This document shows positions 62,261 through 64,000 of a DNA stretch of 64,000 nucleotides, one piece after another. The position numbers and the translations under genes were made by a program. The stretch lies in the NCBI GenBank assembly GCA_004764695.1, contig SMSO01000034.1, forward strand, positions 4,588,001 through 4,652,000, written 5' to 3'. The stretch comes from Schizochytrium sp. TIO01 (lineage: Eukaryota; Protista; Bigyra: Labyrinthulomycetes). The first letter of the stretch is position 1; every line of letters starts with the position of its first letter. The notes under the pieces were generated by a model that was given only the letters and a program-made list of their open reading frames with translations, did no database searches and was not told where the DNA came from.

Positions 62261-62487
62261 GACCGATTCCTTCCTCATGCTTCTTGATACGATTCCTGAC
62301 TTGGTCTGTCTGATCTCTCTATTTTGGTGTCAAAAGGAAAGCTCGAGTTCGTGTTCCTGGTTCCCCTTTTCAAGCAACACCAACTAACACATAGGCACCA
62401 CCACTGCTGATTCCGTTTTTTCAATTATCTATTCTGCCGTTCATTCATGAGGCGTGAAAAAGGTTAGTTCGCATTTTCAAATATTCA

Positions 62488-62638
<151 letters not shown>

Positions 62639-63811
62639 ACTCACTCATTGATTCACTAATTCAAGTTATTTATGTTATGTTATCTTCAATTCTCCTTTTC
62701 ATATCATAACTTTGTTACTTTCAATTAAAAAACAAACATGAAAAGGGTTTTTCTTCCCCAAAAGGACGACCCGGCCTTAAAGAATTGGTAATTCCATGCG
62801 CAGGCAGTAGCGAATCAAAGAAACGAAGGCACTTCGAAGGAAGCCTTTTCAATACTGCACTTTTGACAACAACTGCTCTAATTAGCAAAATCTGTCTACT
62901 CCACCTACGGCCTGAGCACTTTTCACGCCGCCTCCATCGCATGTCCTCTCAGAACTGATTATCGCCACGGCTCTCGCGCTGAAGGATCATGTAACAGTAC
63001 TTTGAAATATACCCTTTTGCAATGGCGGTGGTCTTTCATGCGAAGTTTTCCGAACTCAAGCATTCGCAATTCCATTTGTGATTGCTTTATTTCGTGGTTC
63101 TCAGAAGACCCTACACCACAGGGTTTCGCCAAGCGAGGCGCGGCCTTGAGCAGAAAGAATTGCCTTGCGAGGAGGTTCCATAGAGGAAGCTCCCGATTAA
63201 TTAATTGTCTAGTGCCGCTCGCCTGAAGACTATCTCGTAAGGGCGCTTTATGTCGCTTTATGTCCCATCCATGCGCACGGAAGAGTTCTACGGAGCGAGA
63301 TCTTTCCGTTTGTATTCGATGCTATGCTCGATCACTTTATGGGCTTTTCACCTTTACGTCAAATTCTTGCGACATTGAAGGAATCGTGATTCTTAACTTT
63401 CTTCTGTGTTCAATCGTGAAACTTGAATAGAAAAGGTGGTACTAGGTAGGAAGCAGGTACGTTCGTAGGTAGGTACGCAGGTAGGTAGGTAGTATAACCA
63501 TGTTTTTGCTTCTTCATCCCCATTTTACAGAAAATTGCTGTACGATCGCTTTGTTCAAAGTTGAGTTGCGAGGTATGTAAACTCCTGAACACCTCATTTC
63601 ATGTTATGAAAAGATGAAAGAACTCCTCTAATAACTCCTCCTCGAAGACCCGCCTGAATAAAGCAGTATTTCCTTTTTCCTGAGTTTCATTCTTTGGAAA
63701 ATACAAGCAAGAAAGGCCCTACCAAGCAGGATTTCAGAATCCCTCGTTTCAAGGAGATAAGAGGAAGGGAGGAGACCCATAGAAAGGCGCGCCGTTCCTA
63801 TTCCGCCTAGC

Positions 63812-63854
63812 CTTCTTCTTCTTCTTCTTCTTCTTCTTCTTCTTCTTCTTCTTC
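63812..63854. repeat. (CTT)n microsatellite
   Basis: Directly visible. Confidence 0.9.
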
Positions 63855-64000
63855 CCGTTTATGAGTTCTTCTTTCCAAGGTTCCTCTGTCAAGAATGAAA
63901 GAAAAGAATTATGGTTGTTTCTTTTATAAAATTGGTTTCTTAAAATTTTATTGTTTTATGCTTATTTTTAAACAGAGTAAAGTTGCAGCCCTCATAAACA

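Overview
Eukaryotic nuclear DNA with intron-poor genes, GT-AG introns and abundant tetranucleotide microsatellites. It looks like a protist, possibly a stramenopile such as a thraustochytrid (inference only). The first 30 kb holds an ammonium transporter, a 3-exon DHHC palmitoyltransferase, an intronless calpain-EML/WD40 fusion and three paralogous EGF-like/7TM receptor-like genes. Between the 2nd and 3rd 7TM paralogs lies a ~2.2 kb IS607-family element, the main finding. It encodes a serine-recombinase TnpA and a Fanzor2/TnpB RNA-guided nuclease whose N-terminus is overprinted in the +1 frame of tnpA. The nuclease ORF is split by one frameshift at a T5 run and is followed by a strongly structured omega-RNA-like 3' end. 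The remaining ~34 kb has no credible intact gene, only microsatellites, AT-rich islands and possible decayed gene relics.
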